A program made the position numbers and the translations under genes. This document shows positions 31,721 through 39,589 of a stretch of DNA of 40,030 nucleotides, piece after piece. The DNA lies in the IMG/VR virus record IMGVR_UViG_3300045988_064761, positions 1 to 40,030 of that record; one strand, written 5' to 3'. The notes under the pieces were generated by a model that was given only the letters and a program-made list of their open reading frames with translations, did not search any database and had not been told where the DNA came from. Positions within the stretch are counted from its first letter, which is position 1, and every line of letters begins with the position of its first letter. Source of the DNA: a virus.

Positions 31721-31794
31721 TGGCACGGGTGGAAGGTCTTGACCCCTCATCTTGCGGTTTTGGAGACCGCAGTTCTGCATTGAACTACACCCAT
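31721..31794 (-). tRNA. tRNA-Trp (anticodon CCA), non-canonical D and T loops, CCA encoded
   Basis: Hand-folded cloverleaf: ATGGGTG TA GTTC AATGCA GAAC T GCGGT CTCCAAA ACCGC AAGAT GAGGG GTCAAGA CCTTC CACCCGT G CCA. Confidence 0.6.
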
Positions 31795-32040
31795 ATAAAG
31801 GCGCGGCAGTTGCGCGTGTTGCACGGTGTGCAAGTTATAAGCAAGTTGATATTTAGCGCATTACCGTATTATATTCTGAAACTTGCCACAAGCTTACACG
31901 CTTTCGCAAGTTGCGTGTAACATAGGATTGCCGCGGCTGTTGGTACTGCACATAGGTCTTGCACCTTTTCCACGCCGTTGCTTCGGAACGCAGCGCTCAT
32001 ACCATCTTGGTAACGTCACCAAAATGGTCAGCTATGCAGC

Positions 32041-32065
32041 ATATAAAATGCCGGTCTTTCCCGGC
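32041..32065 (-). terminator. Weak intrinsic terminator downstream of the late regulator gene
   Basis: Minus strand GCCGG-gaaaga-CCGGC followed by ATTTTATAT. Confidence 0.4.
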
Positions 32066-32170
32066 TGCCAGCTATAAAAACAGGAGAATTGAAATGGTAA
32101 AGAAAAAAGGTTTTCGATATGTCGTATGATGCCCCGTTCCTACATCATCCAGCATATCTATAATAACAGA

Positions 32171-32602
32171 TTAAAAGTGAACTGGAGTGCACAGATTTTC
32201 AATTGCAGCGCGGTGTAATTTTTTTGCCCATCGCTCGGAAATATTTAGATTTATAGCAATTTTCCACCAATACGGTGTGCCGACAATATACCTCTCCCGC
32301 AAAACGTCCCGCTGCATTTGGTCTTGCACAGAGTTTATTGCGGTTTCAATTTCTTCCCTTTGCATCTCGGTGTCAATAATCTGCTTGTATAGAGATTCTT
32401 GGCGCTCCATGATTCTGCAAACGGCATCCTCGATTTTATTTTTACCGCCAGCAGATACCACAACCGGGGATAATGCTTTCGTGGTCGCGGTTGCCCGTTC
32501 ACGTTCGCTCTGTATCTGCTGGCGCAGCTGCCGTTCATGATTCCGGCTGCGTTGGTATCTCCATAGCCACGCTTTCTTTTGGTTGAATTCTTCTCTGGTC
32601 AT
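32171..32602 (-). CDS. Late-gene transcriptional regulator candidate (sigma region-4-like / DUF1492-type)
   Basis: Contains QRDVLRERYIVGTPYWWKIAINLNISERWAKKLHRAAIENL. It is the last gene before the packaging module. Confidence 0.55.
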   Translation of the reverse strand: MTREEFNQKKAWLWRYQRSRNHERQLRQQIQSERERATATTKALSPVVVSAGGKNKIEDAVCRIMERQESLYKQIIDTEMQREEIETAINSVQDQMQRDVLRERYIVGTPYWWKIAINLNISERWAKKLHRAAIENLCTPVHF

Positions 32603-32719
32603 TGGCTCTCCTTTCTTCCAGTTTCATGCAGCGCGGCAGCGTGCAAATATCGCCATTCTTTCACTCGCATGTCGCGCAAAGATGTACGCGGGCGTATTCA
32701 TCAATTAGTTGCTGTTTTG

Positions 32720-32962
32720 TCATGGGGTCACCTCCGGGGGTTTGGGGAGCGGCATCCAGTGGGTGACGGATTCAAGCGTAATGCAGGTATATCCATACGG
32801 TATCCAGCGCCAGTTTACGAAATCTCTTGTAACCGCATCCCAGCATTCAAAATCGCTTTCAATGCGACGGGCAAAATATGTACCCTCGTTTTCCGCGTTG
32901 TAAACAATGACCTTTTCGTCTGGATCTGGCAGTCTGTCTTTAACGCTTATCCATTCAGTCAT
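32720..32962 (-). CDS. DUF551-like protein
   Basis: Contains WISVKDRLPDPDEKVIVY and VTHWMPLPKPP. Confidence 0.7.
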   Translation of the reverse strand: MTEWISVKDRLPDPDEKVIVYNAENEGTYFARRIESDFECWDAVTRDFVNWRWIPYGYTCITLESVTHWMPLPKPPEVTP

Positions 32963-33242
32963 CTGCGCTCACCTCCGTGGGTTCTTTCTTTTCCTCTCTT
33001 TGCCCATAGTTCCTGCAATACTCAGGCGATTTATAAAAACTTCCGTTCAAAAATTCGCATTTGTATTTTCCCGGTTCTATGTCTCCGCCTTTGCGTACAA
33101 GGTGCTTGCATGTATCGCATAGCGTTTCTTCCTCAGGTTCTTGAGGTTTCTTCTGCGTGATGGCCTTCGCCACACGAAAAGCAACATATACGGAGCAGGT
33201 CGCCAAAATAATAATTTCGATAATTTCAACGATTTCAGTCAT
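32955..33242 (-). CDS. Hypothetical protein with an N-terminal TM segment and Cys pairs
   Basis: Contains IIEIIILATCSVYVAF and CDTCKH..KCEF..YC. Confidence 0.55.
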   Translation of the reverse strand: MTEIVEIIEIIILATCSVYVAFRVAKAITQKKPQEPEEETLCDTCKHLVRKGGDIEPGKYKCEFLNGSFYKSPEYCRNYGQREEKKEPTEVSADD

Positions 33243-33354
33243 TTGCGTTCACCATCCTTGCGCCGCCGTCAGGGTGGTTCGGGTCAAGGCAGACCCACTC
33301 AAAATTTTTGAACATAAAGTGTTCGCCGGGGCGTAAGGTTGTAATATTAGTCAT
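33235..33354 (-). CDS. 39-aa hypothetical protein (below the ORF-track cutoff)
   Basis: Overlapping start and stop at both ends fills the gap between neighbouring genes. Confidence 0.3.
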   Translation of the reverse strand: MTNITTLRPGEHFMFKNFEWVCLDPNHPDGGARMVNAND

Positions 33355-33715
33355 TGTCGGTTACCTCCTCGTTCCAGTAGTCGTAACGGCACTTGCCACA
33401 ACGGAAAGTGCTACTTAAATATCCGTACTTGGCACATCGCAATGGGTTCATGCTACTGTCTATCGAACAAGGTAACAAGCGCGTGATGTTTTTTAAATTT
33501 GCATTCGGAAACATCTTCAAGAACTCGCTCTGGCGGGTCTTGAATGGGTGATCTTTCGCCCATTGCTTCACAAATTCAACGGCTTTCTTTGCGTCTTCGA
33601 GCGTGCTGCCAGAGTTTTTAATCCCACATAGTTTATTAAACTCACACATATTGCAGCTAAAATCATTGCTTTGGCACATACGATATAGTGCCATATTATA
33701 TTCAACTGCGTCCAT
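33347..33715 (-). CDS. Cys-rich hypothetical protein (122 aa)
   Basis: Contains CQSNDFSCNMCEFNKLC and RCGKCRY. Confidence 0.6.
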   Translation of the reverse strand: MDAVEYNMALYRMCQSNDFSCNMCEFNKLCGIKNSGSTLEDAKKAVEFVKQWAKDHPFKTRQSEFLKMFPNANLKNITRLLPCSIDSSMNPLRCAKYGYLSSTFRCGKCRYDYWNEEVTDND

Positions 33716-33719
33716 AGTA

Positions 33720-34001
33720 TCACTCCTTATCCAGTCCGCGGGCTAGATACTGCCCATAGGTTAGGCCCAGGGCGGCGGCTTCGCGGGTACATTGCTCAAT
33801 GGGTTTTATGGTTTTCTTCAGCCAGTGATGCGTGGCGGGTTTCTTGCTTTTTTTCAAAACACCGGCATCCCTGCGGCGCTGGTAAGATGCCTGCGCGCTT
33901 TTGATATTGCGCTTGCGGATGCAGGAATCGCAATAGCGCTTTGTGGGCTGCACATCCCACATGATTTTCCCGCAGGTCTTGCAGAATTTTGTTGTGGTCA
34001 T
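33720..34001 (-). CDS. Zinc-ribbon protein (93 aa)
   Basis: Contains CKTCGK...YCDSC. Confidence 0.6.
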   Translation of the reverse strand: MTTTKFCKTCGKIMWDVQPTKRYCDSCIRKRNIKSAQASYQRRRDAGVLKKSKKPATHHWLKKTIKPIEQCTREAAALGLTYGQYLARGLDKE

Positions 34002-34327
34002 AGCGGCTCCTTTGTTTTGGGTGCTTCAATGCCGATGCTTTGCAGTGTTACCTGCGCCCAGAGGTCGGCAAGCTGGTCATTGCGGTACTCGTTGTATTTA
34101 TCAGCAACGGGGCCTGTCATTGCATCCTGAATCCGTTTCAGCGTGCGGGGAGAAAGACCGACCTGATAGCACGCCAGCAGGCATAGATAGGTGGCGCGGG
34201 TGGCAATGTCGTTGCGCTCCTTCATGACAGCTTCCTGTGCACGGCTCTGGATGCCCTGAATTTTAGCTTCTGCATAGGCGTCTATGGCCTTCTGCATGGC
34301 CGGGGTGGGATGAAGTCTAGCTTTCAT
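33998..34327 (-). CDS. Hypothetical protein (109 aa)
   Basis: ATGA-coupled within the operon. Confidence 0.6.
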   Translation of the reverse strand: MKARLHPTPAMQKAIDAYAEAKIQGIQSRAQEAVMKERNDIATRATYLCLLACYQVGLSPRTLKRIQDAMTGPVADKYNEYRNDQLADLWAQVTLQSIGIEAPKTKEPL

Positions 34328-34330
34328 GGG

Positions 34331-34742
34331 TTACACTTCCTTGCTTGCCGAAATACGGTTTTCCCAGCGTTTGCGCTTTTGCTGCATGATTTGCTCGATT
34401 TCATCTGGGTAGTAGTTTTTTTCTTCAAAAACCTCCATACAGAGCTTTACGTCTGCCAGTTCTTCAAGCAAATCCTGCAAGCATTCTTCTTCCGATTTTG
34501 GCGTCGGATTCTCATCGCGGAGCTTACGGGCAAACTTCAAGGCTGCCCGTAAGCTCCGCGCTTTCTTCTGCCAACTGTTCCAATACGGCTGGAGTCCCGA
34601 TTGTAGAGCTTATGTACAGATTCCCGGATGTAATCTTTTTACAGCCGCCCGGATGGTCTGCGTTACCACCTTCCAGATCGCAGCATGGACTGCTATAGTC
34701 GCAGCAGCAGCCGCAGTCAGGGCATTTACGTTCAGTTGTCAT
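34331..34742 (-). pseudogene. MazG-like NTP pyrophosphohydrolase split into two overlapping frames (34524..34742 and 34331..34540)
   Basis: Frame 1 ends ..LEQLAEESAELTGSLEVCP*. The +1 frame reads ..AALKFARKLRDENPTPKSEEECLQDLLEELADV. Joined at the GGG run (34546-34548) they give a continuous ExxE...EExxD MazG-like core. Confidence 0.55.
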
Positions 34743-35130
34743 CTACTTCATCCTCCAATTCTTCAATAAAAATTTCGGTGCGGGGGTTAGATTTGTCGTA
34801 CATCACGCGAGAGCCGTCCACGCTGGCAATGATGGTGTTGTTGTCGTCTGCGAGGATTTTGGCGGCGACAAGGGTGTCATGGGCAGCCTCCATTAAGTTC
34901 GTGAGGTCTACTTTGCGGCGGGTCGGCATGTAGAACACCGTGGCGACGCGGTAACGTCCTGCCAACGGGACTTTCGGCTTTGTGGTGAGATACCACATAG
35001 CTTGCTGCTCGTAACGCTTATACTGCCTGCTTGGGGCGATGAACGGCTTGCCTGTGCGATGGTTGGTAAGTATCTGCTGGGAGTTCTTCTTGGTAATAGG
35101 GGGCAGGAAGATTATATATTTTTGGATCAT
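34732..35130 (-). CDS. rusA: RusA-family Holliday junction resolvase
   Basis: Contains PPITKKNS and DLTNLMEAAHDTLVAAKILADDNN. Confidence 0.8.
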   Translation of the reverse strand: MIQKYIIFLPPITKKNSQQILTNHRTGKPFIAPSRQYKRYEQQAMWYLTTKPKVPLAGRYRVATVFYMPTRRKVDLTNLMEAAHDTLVAAKILADDNNTIIASVDGSRVMYDKSNPRTEIFIEELEDEVDDN

Positions 35131-35165
35131 ATAAAGTCCTCCACGCTCATTTGCCCGGGCAAAAC

Positions 35166-35585
35166 TTAGTAAGGGCCATTTCTCACTCCTCGCATTTCCA
35201 GCACTGCGCGTTGCAGCTTGTTCAGGTTGCAGTCCATCTCACTCACAAACCTGCGGCATAGCTTAGGGTTCACGGCGTTGCCCAGCTCGCAGTAGATAAA
35301 CTCCATCGACTCCCGGCTGAACGACATGCCACATACCTTGTTGATGCCGCGCAGGTGGTAGTTCTGGCTGCGGTTGCTACCGCCCTTGAACGCCTCACGG
35401 CTGAGATATTCGATCACCCGCGCCCGCAACTCGTCGATGGTCTGCACCCCATCCAGCGGAACCCATGTGTTTCTAAGCGGATAGATGACAAGCTCCAACC
35501 TCATATTGATGAAACATTTCGGGAATGCTTCTGCCAGCATCGACCTGATCTTCGTATCGAGAATCAAATTATCCATTGTTTTCAC
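35166..35585 (-). CDS. Hypothetical protein (139 aa)
   Basis: ORF with operon context only. Confidence 0.6.
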   Translation of the reverse strand: MKTMDNLILDTKIRSMLAEAFPKCFINMRLELVIYPLRNTWVPLDGVQTIDELRARVIEYLSREAFKGGSNRSQNYHLRGINKVCGMSFSRESMEFIYCELGNAVNPKLCRRFVSEMDCNLNKLQRAVLEMRGVRNGPY

Positions 35586-35757
35586 CCTTTCTGGGAATCT
35601 TAATCATTACGGCATCGTGAATAGCGCCGCCCGCGTCGATGTCGAAGCAAGACGGGTCGCCGCTTATCGGCAGGGTCACAAGGCCCCAATCTTCTTTGCT
35701 CACAGTGCTATCTCCTTTACTTGTCGCCGGTAGAACGGGAATAGGTGATGATCTCAT
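35569..35757 (-). CDS. Hypothetical protein (62 aa)
   Basis: ATGA overlap with the upstream gene. Confidence 0.4.
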   Translation of the reverse strand: MRSSPIPVLPATSKGDSTVSKEDWGLVTLPISGDPSCFDIDAGGAIHDAVMIKIPRKGENNG

Positions 35758-36113
35758 ACTTTGACATTCAGCGTCAGCGCCTCTTTCTGGTTGATTTCTC
35801 CGCGCTGCATTTTCTGAAAAAGCGGCGTGTCAAAGTGTAAGCATTCGTGGCAGGTGCGGGAAAAAAGAACCTCGAAGGATTCGATTTTCTTCGGCATGAA
35901 CTGCGCGGATGCCTTGCGGATTTCGGCAACGGTGGGCGGGAATGTCATAGTTTTGGCCAGATGTGCGGCGGCGCTTTTAGTGGCCGCAAACGGAACATCC
36001 TTCAGAGCGGATGCCCATGCTTTTATCATTTCCTCTGGTTCGCTGCCGCGCATGATATTGCGCCACCAGTTCGAGCAGGTGAGCAGCAGCATGGCGGTTT
36101 CCTGTTCAGTCAT
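35754..36113 (-). CDS. G39P-like helicase loader/inhibitor candidate
   Basis: Position directly after the DnaD-like organizer. Contains W..I......E.MIKAWASALKDVPF...FPPTVAEIRKA. Confidence 0.45.
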   Translation of the reverse strand: MTEQETAMLLLTCSNWWRNIMRGSEPEEMIKAWASALKDVPFAATKSAAAHLAKTMTFPPTVAEIRKASAQFMPKKIESFEVLFSRTCHECLHFDTPLFQKMQRGEINQKEALTLNVKV

Positions 36114-36816
36114 CAGGGATCACTCCTTTCGCAAGGGCGCGGAGCTTATCGCGGGCAGATGCGGCGGCGTCCGGCTGCCGGGGGGCGGGGCGCGTGGGCT
36201 TCGCTCGTTCCTTCTCGGCGAGGTAGGCATCGACGGTATAAATGCCCTGCTGCTCGCAGCGGTCAAGGATTTTGGAGATATAGCTCCACCGGCGCGCGTT
36301 ATTGGTAGCAGCTTCGTCGATTGCCTGACAGATAAGCGGTGCCGGAAATTTCAGCAGGGCGGTGCTTATCGCATCGGAAACCGCGCGGGGGACAGAGCCG
36401 CAGTTCTGCTCATAGCGCTGGATGCAGGCAGAAAGTTCTGGCAAATAAATCGCGCTTTGCGCGGGCGCAGCAGCAGTAGCAGGAATATCTTTATCTTTAT
36501 CTTTATCCTTGTTCTTGTCTTTATCTTTAGGGGGATTGGAACGGGTTGTGGTGGGTTGTGCGGGGTTGATTTGGGTTGATTGGGATTGACGTTCTTTTAG
36601 CGTCTGCGATTTTTTCTCGTTTTTCTGCGTATCGCGGTCAATCTGGTCTATAAGCATAGGAAGAATGAATCGCTCGTTGCCACTGGAGTGTCCGTCAATC
36701 GCCAAACCGTTGCTGTATTCCAGCAAGGCAGTCCATATCCGGCCTCTCTCAGCATCTCCGAAGGGTTCAAGTGCTTTTAGCCAGCTGTTGTAGCAGAAAA
36801 AGCCTTTCCTTTCCAT
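36106..36816 (-). CDS. Replisome organizer, DnaD-domain-like
   Basis: C-terminus reads NNARRWSYISKILDRCEQQGIYTVDAYL. There is a KDKDKNKDKDKDKD linker, and the gene contains the iteron array. Confidence 0.7.
   Translation of the reverse strand: MERKGFFCYNSWLKALEPFGDAERGRIWTALLEYSNGLAIDGHSSGNERFILPMLIDQIDRDTQKNEKKSQTLKERQSQSTQINPAQPTTTRSNPPKDKDKNKDKDKDKDIPATAAAPAQSAIYLPELSACIQRYEQNCGSVPRAVSDAISTALLKFPAPLICQAIDEAATNNARRWSYISKILDRCEQQGIYTVDAYLAEKERAKPTRPAPRQPDAAASARDKLRALAKGVIPDD
36533..36592. repeat. Six phased 10-bp iterons (GGRTTG N4): candidate replication origin
   Basis: GGATTG/GGGTTG start at 36533, 36543, 36553, 36563, 36573 and 36583. An A+T-rich (tctttat)n tract lies at 36489-36530. 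Confidence 0.65.
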
Positions 36817-36819
36817 CCG

Positions 36820-37053
36820 CTACACCTCCATGTAATACTCCGCGACACGGCAAAGCCGACCATAGCGGTTGCGGCGGGTGACCATGCGGGATGCTACCGG
36901 GCAGCCTTTCCGTTTGAGGTCGGTGATGCGGGAGGCAAGGCGGCTGCACCCGAAAGCTTCCAGAGCGTCCAGGGCGGTAAGTGTGCCGCCGGATTCCAGC
37001 ACGGCTAAAATCCGGTCTATCTGGGAGGGGATGCCTTCTTTCTCGTCATTCAT
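36820..37053 (-). CDS. Winged-helix DNA-binding protein (77 aa)
   Basis: Contains ILAVLESGGTLTALDALEAFGCSRLASRITDLKRKGCPV. Confidence 0.6.
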   Translation of the reverse strand: MNDEKEGIPSQIDRILAVLESGGTLTALDALEAFGCSRLASRITDLKRKGCPVASRMVTRRNRYGRLCRVAEYYMEV

Positions 37054-37062
37054 GGCAGCACC

Positions 37063-37503
37063 TCAGAACAGCAAATTGCCGTCATCCTCAATGAGGGCGT
37101 AGTCTGCATCGGGATCACCCTGCGTACGCTGTGATGGGGCTGCGGGGCGCTGTGCGGCGTTCTGCGGGGCAGGGCTGGTACTTTCCTTACTGCCGCAGAA
37201 ACTCACGTTTTGGGCCACGATTTCAACGGCTGTGCGGTTCTGGCCGTTCTTGTCCTGATAGCTGCGGCTCTGCAGACGGCCATCAATGGCGATCAGCGCA
37301 CCTTTGGGGAAGTATTTGCAGATGAATTCGGCAGTCTTGCCCCAGGCGGTGACATCGAGCCAGTTCGTTTTGCTCTGGCCGCTGGCATCCTTATAGCCGG
37401 AATCGTTGGCGATGCGGAAAGAGCAGACGGACTTGCCGCTGTTCGTGGTTTTGAGTTCCGGGTCTTTGACCATGCGGCCAATAATAGCAACAGCATTCAA
37501 CAT
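37063..37503 (-). CDS. ssb: Single-stranded DNA-binding protein
   Basis: MLNAVAIIGRMVKDPELKTT..TNWLDVTAWGKTAE..LIAIDGRLQSRSYQDKNGQNR with an acidic tail DDGNLLF. Confidence 0.92.
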   Translation of the reverse strand: MLNAVAIIGRMVKDPELKTTNSGKSVCSFRIANDSGYKDASGQSKTNWLDVTAWGKTAEFICKYFPKGALIAIDGRLQSRSYQDKNGQNRTAVEIVAQNVSFCGSKESTSPAPQNAAQRPAAPSQRTQGDPDADYALIEDDGNLLF

Positions 37504-37506
37504 AGG

Positions 37507-37833
37507 TTAGTCCTCCAAGTAGTTAATATAGAAGCGGCGGCGAAAGTCGTCGTGATTCCAATGGTAATAGGCTTCTGCAAGCAGTTGGCCTTGTTTGTGG
37601 TAGTGGTCTTGCAGGTCGCCGCTTGAATGAATTGCGGCGTGGCAGCCGGGGCAGACGTTAATCCAGAGGCCCAGGGCCTTGCTGGCCTTGCGGCGGCTTC
37701 CGCCGTAGATTTCATGCCGGGCGGTGTCTCCAAAGCGGTGGCAGTGATAACAACGGAACGATTCATGTGCGAACAGCGACGGCGCGTAGCCGTTCTTGTC
37801 AAGCTTCACGCCGAATTCATTGCGGGTCTGCAT
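37507..37833 (-). CDS. HNH-type / NinG-like nuclease candidate
   Basis: Contains CYHCHRFGDTARHEIYGG....LWINVCPGCHAAIH. Confidence 0.55.
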   Translation of the reverse strand: MQTRNEFGVKLDKNGYAPSLFAHESFRCYHCHRFGDTARHEIYGGSRRKASKALGLWINVCPGCHAAIHSSGDLQDHYHKQGQLLAEAYYHWNHDDFRRRFYINYLED

Positions 37834-38362
37834 CGTCTGTCAGTCCTTTCAACTTGGAGATTTCCTCGGGGGTCATAGTGGGGATGCTCTGCTGCTGGCA
37901 TTCCTGCACAATCAGTTCAATGAGGCGGTGCATCTGGGTGCTATCGAACTGGGACGAGCCGTACCAGCATTGCAGGTTGTAGAAAGTCCCCTGCGGGGTG
38001 GTCATTTCATCGAGCTTATGAACCTGCCAGCCCTCGCCCTTGCTCTCCCAGCCGTTTTTGAATGCTTTTGCAGCATCAGCGCGGAGGGTGACAAGGGCGG
38101 AGCTACCGCCGATGTCGCGTATCAAATCGCGGTAGATGTCCAGCACAGGACGGTTGATTTTTGCGGCAAGCTGGTTCATGAGCGCCCAGGCGTAAGCGTT
38201 GGCCGAGAGACTGCGCTTTTGTGAGGCCGTGCCGATTACGGCGGCAAGGGGCTTGCCCTCATCAATAACGGCGCGGGCTTTATCGCAGTCAGCCGGGGAA
38301 CATTCCAGCGTGATTGTGTTGCCGATAACAACGGCTGCCTTTATGGAAATTTGTTGCTTCAT
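37817..38362 (-). CDS. NinB/Orf-like recombination mediator
   Basis: QKRSLSANAYAWALMNQLAAKI and YGSSQFDSTQMHRLIELIVQEC parallel lambda NinB (RNRSLDQNRKLW..., GQSTSRMRVGEFAELLELIQ). Confidence 0.55.
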   Translation of the reverse strand: MKQQISIKAAVVIGNTITLECSPADCDKARAVIDEGKPLAAVIGTASQKRSLSANAYAWALMNQLAAKINRPVLDIYRDLIRDIGGSSALVTLRADAAKAFKNGWESKGEGWQVHKLDEMTTPQGTFYNLQCWYGSSQFDSTQMHRLIELIVQECQQQSIPTMTPEEISKLKGLTDDADPQ

Positions 38363-39066
38363 TTTCTGTGTTCAAACTCCTTTGCAACGCTGCGCCAATC
38401 ATCATCGGTGAAGTCCTTAAACAACTTGCCAATAAAGGTCTTTGCTTCTGTCTGGACTGCCTTTTTGTCCTTACCAGTTCGCTGTGCATATCCTGCCAGC
38501 GCAGTTGTTGCCATGTCCTTCACGACCTGCGCGGTAACTTCTGGCAATGCTGTGACAGGCCGAGGTCCTTCTTCATAGCGCTCTTTAAATTCATCGGCTT
38601 CGCTATCTGAGTAGATTCCATCAAAAGCCAGCTTGCAGATTTTAAGAACCACACGGTCAAACAATCGCTTAAATGCCATTGCATAAGGGTATGCGTTTTT
38701 ACAATTTTGTGCGGATGCCTCGCCAACCTCATACAGACCTTGCTCCTTGTTGACATAGGTAAATACAAGGGAGTTCCCATAGCCGGACTTATCAACGGAA
38801 ACGCAATCCGGTTTGAACTTGTCATTCTCAGGAAGATTGTCATTTATTTTCAGACAGGCGTTGTGGCTGATTATCAATCCCGTGTACATCATCTTTCCGG
38901 TTTTTGTCTCATTCATAAGAATCCAAAAATCGGACTCCTTGAGGTATTTGCGTTCTTCAAGGGCTTTTAATGCTTTTTCACGGCTTGCTATATACTTTGC
39001 GCACTGAATCACGGGAATGTCTTGTCGTGACTTAAGCGAATACTCCGCTTTTTTCTCGTTAAACAT
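38359..39066 (-). CDS. Possible ssDNA-annealing/recombination protein (family not resolved)
   Basis: ATG 39066 (TAATG overlap). Contains GEASAQNCKNAYPYAMAFKRLFDRVVLKICKL. Sits upstream of the NinB-like, HNH and SSB genes. Confidence 0.35.
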   Translation of the reverse strand: MFNEKKAEYSLKSRQDIPVIQCAKYIASREKALKALEERKYLKESDFWILMNETKTGKMMYTGLIISHNACLKINDNLPENDKFKPDCVSVDKSGYGNSLVFTYVNKEQGLYEVGEASAQNCKNAYPYAMAFKRLFDRVVLKICKLAFDGIYSDSEADEFKERYEEGPRPVTALPEVTAQVVKDMATTALAGYAQRTGKDKKAVQTEAKTFIGKLFKDFTDDDWRSVAKEFEHRK

Positions 39067-39404
39067 TAAATAGCTTCTCCTTCCGGGTCGGGGGTGGTGA
39101 GGTGGATGCGGTAGCAATCTGCGGGGGCTTGGGCGTCAGAATAGTGCCGCGTCGGCAGATAAGACACCATCGGGATACCGTTCACAGAAATTTCAATCCG
39201 AAGGTCGCCCGTGACCGCGTACCGAGTCAGCTTGCCGCGCTGGATGAAGATGTAGGATTTCTCCTTCAGCAGCTTTACGGCTTCGTTGAAATCGAGCGTG
39301 CCGCTGAAAAAAACGCCGTTCTCATTGACATAGCCAAACCAGCGCACTGTTTCTTTCAGCATGGCGCAAGCGTTAAGCAGCTTGCAAACATCAGAAAATT
39401 TCAT
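39066..39404 (-). CDS. Hypothetical protein (112 aa)
   Basis: TAATG coupling at both ends. Confidence 0.6.
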   Translation of the reverse strand: MKFSDVCKLLNACAMLKETVRWFGYVNENGVFFSGTLDFNEAVKLLKEKSYIFIQRGKLTRYAVTGDLRIEISVNGIPMVSYLPTRHYSDAQAPADCYRIHLTTPDPEGEAI

Positions 39405-39589
39405 TACTGTTCCTCCTTCTCTTCCCGCCATTCCCATGCGTTGACCTCTACAATGCAGTTGTCACAGCCGAGAATCTCATTGCCCTGACGGTACAGGGTT
39501 TCACATTCCTCGCCGCATACCGGGCAGATGGGGCAATCGTCATCTGCGGGCGGATAGGGATTATCTTGATGGCCCCAGAAGCTGGTCAT
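39404..39589 (-). CDS. Small zinc-ribbon protein (61 aa)
   Basis: Contains CPICPVCGEEC...GCDNC. ATGA overlap with the DUF7666-like gene. Confidence 0.6.
   Translation of the reverse strand: MTSFWGHQDNPYPPADDDCPICPVCGEECETLYRQGNEILGCDNCIVEVNAWEWREEKEEQ

Noticed and set aside
31941-32040. Second tRNA: a 100-nt segment with 7-bp acceptor-like pairing (GCTGCAT/GTGCAGT), a T-arm-like hairpin and a 3' ACCA.
   Set aside because: I could not fold a D arm or a proper anticodon arm. The best loop, CCGAAGC, has C33, and the body is about 25 nt too long. It is treated as a possible tRNA remnant only.
32094-32129. 11-aa plus-strand mini-ORF (MVKKKGFRYVV) preceded by CAGGAG in the region downstream of the late regulator gene.
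   Set aside because: It is too short to evaluate, no promoter was identified, and the SD-like match is probably coincidental.
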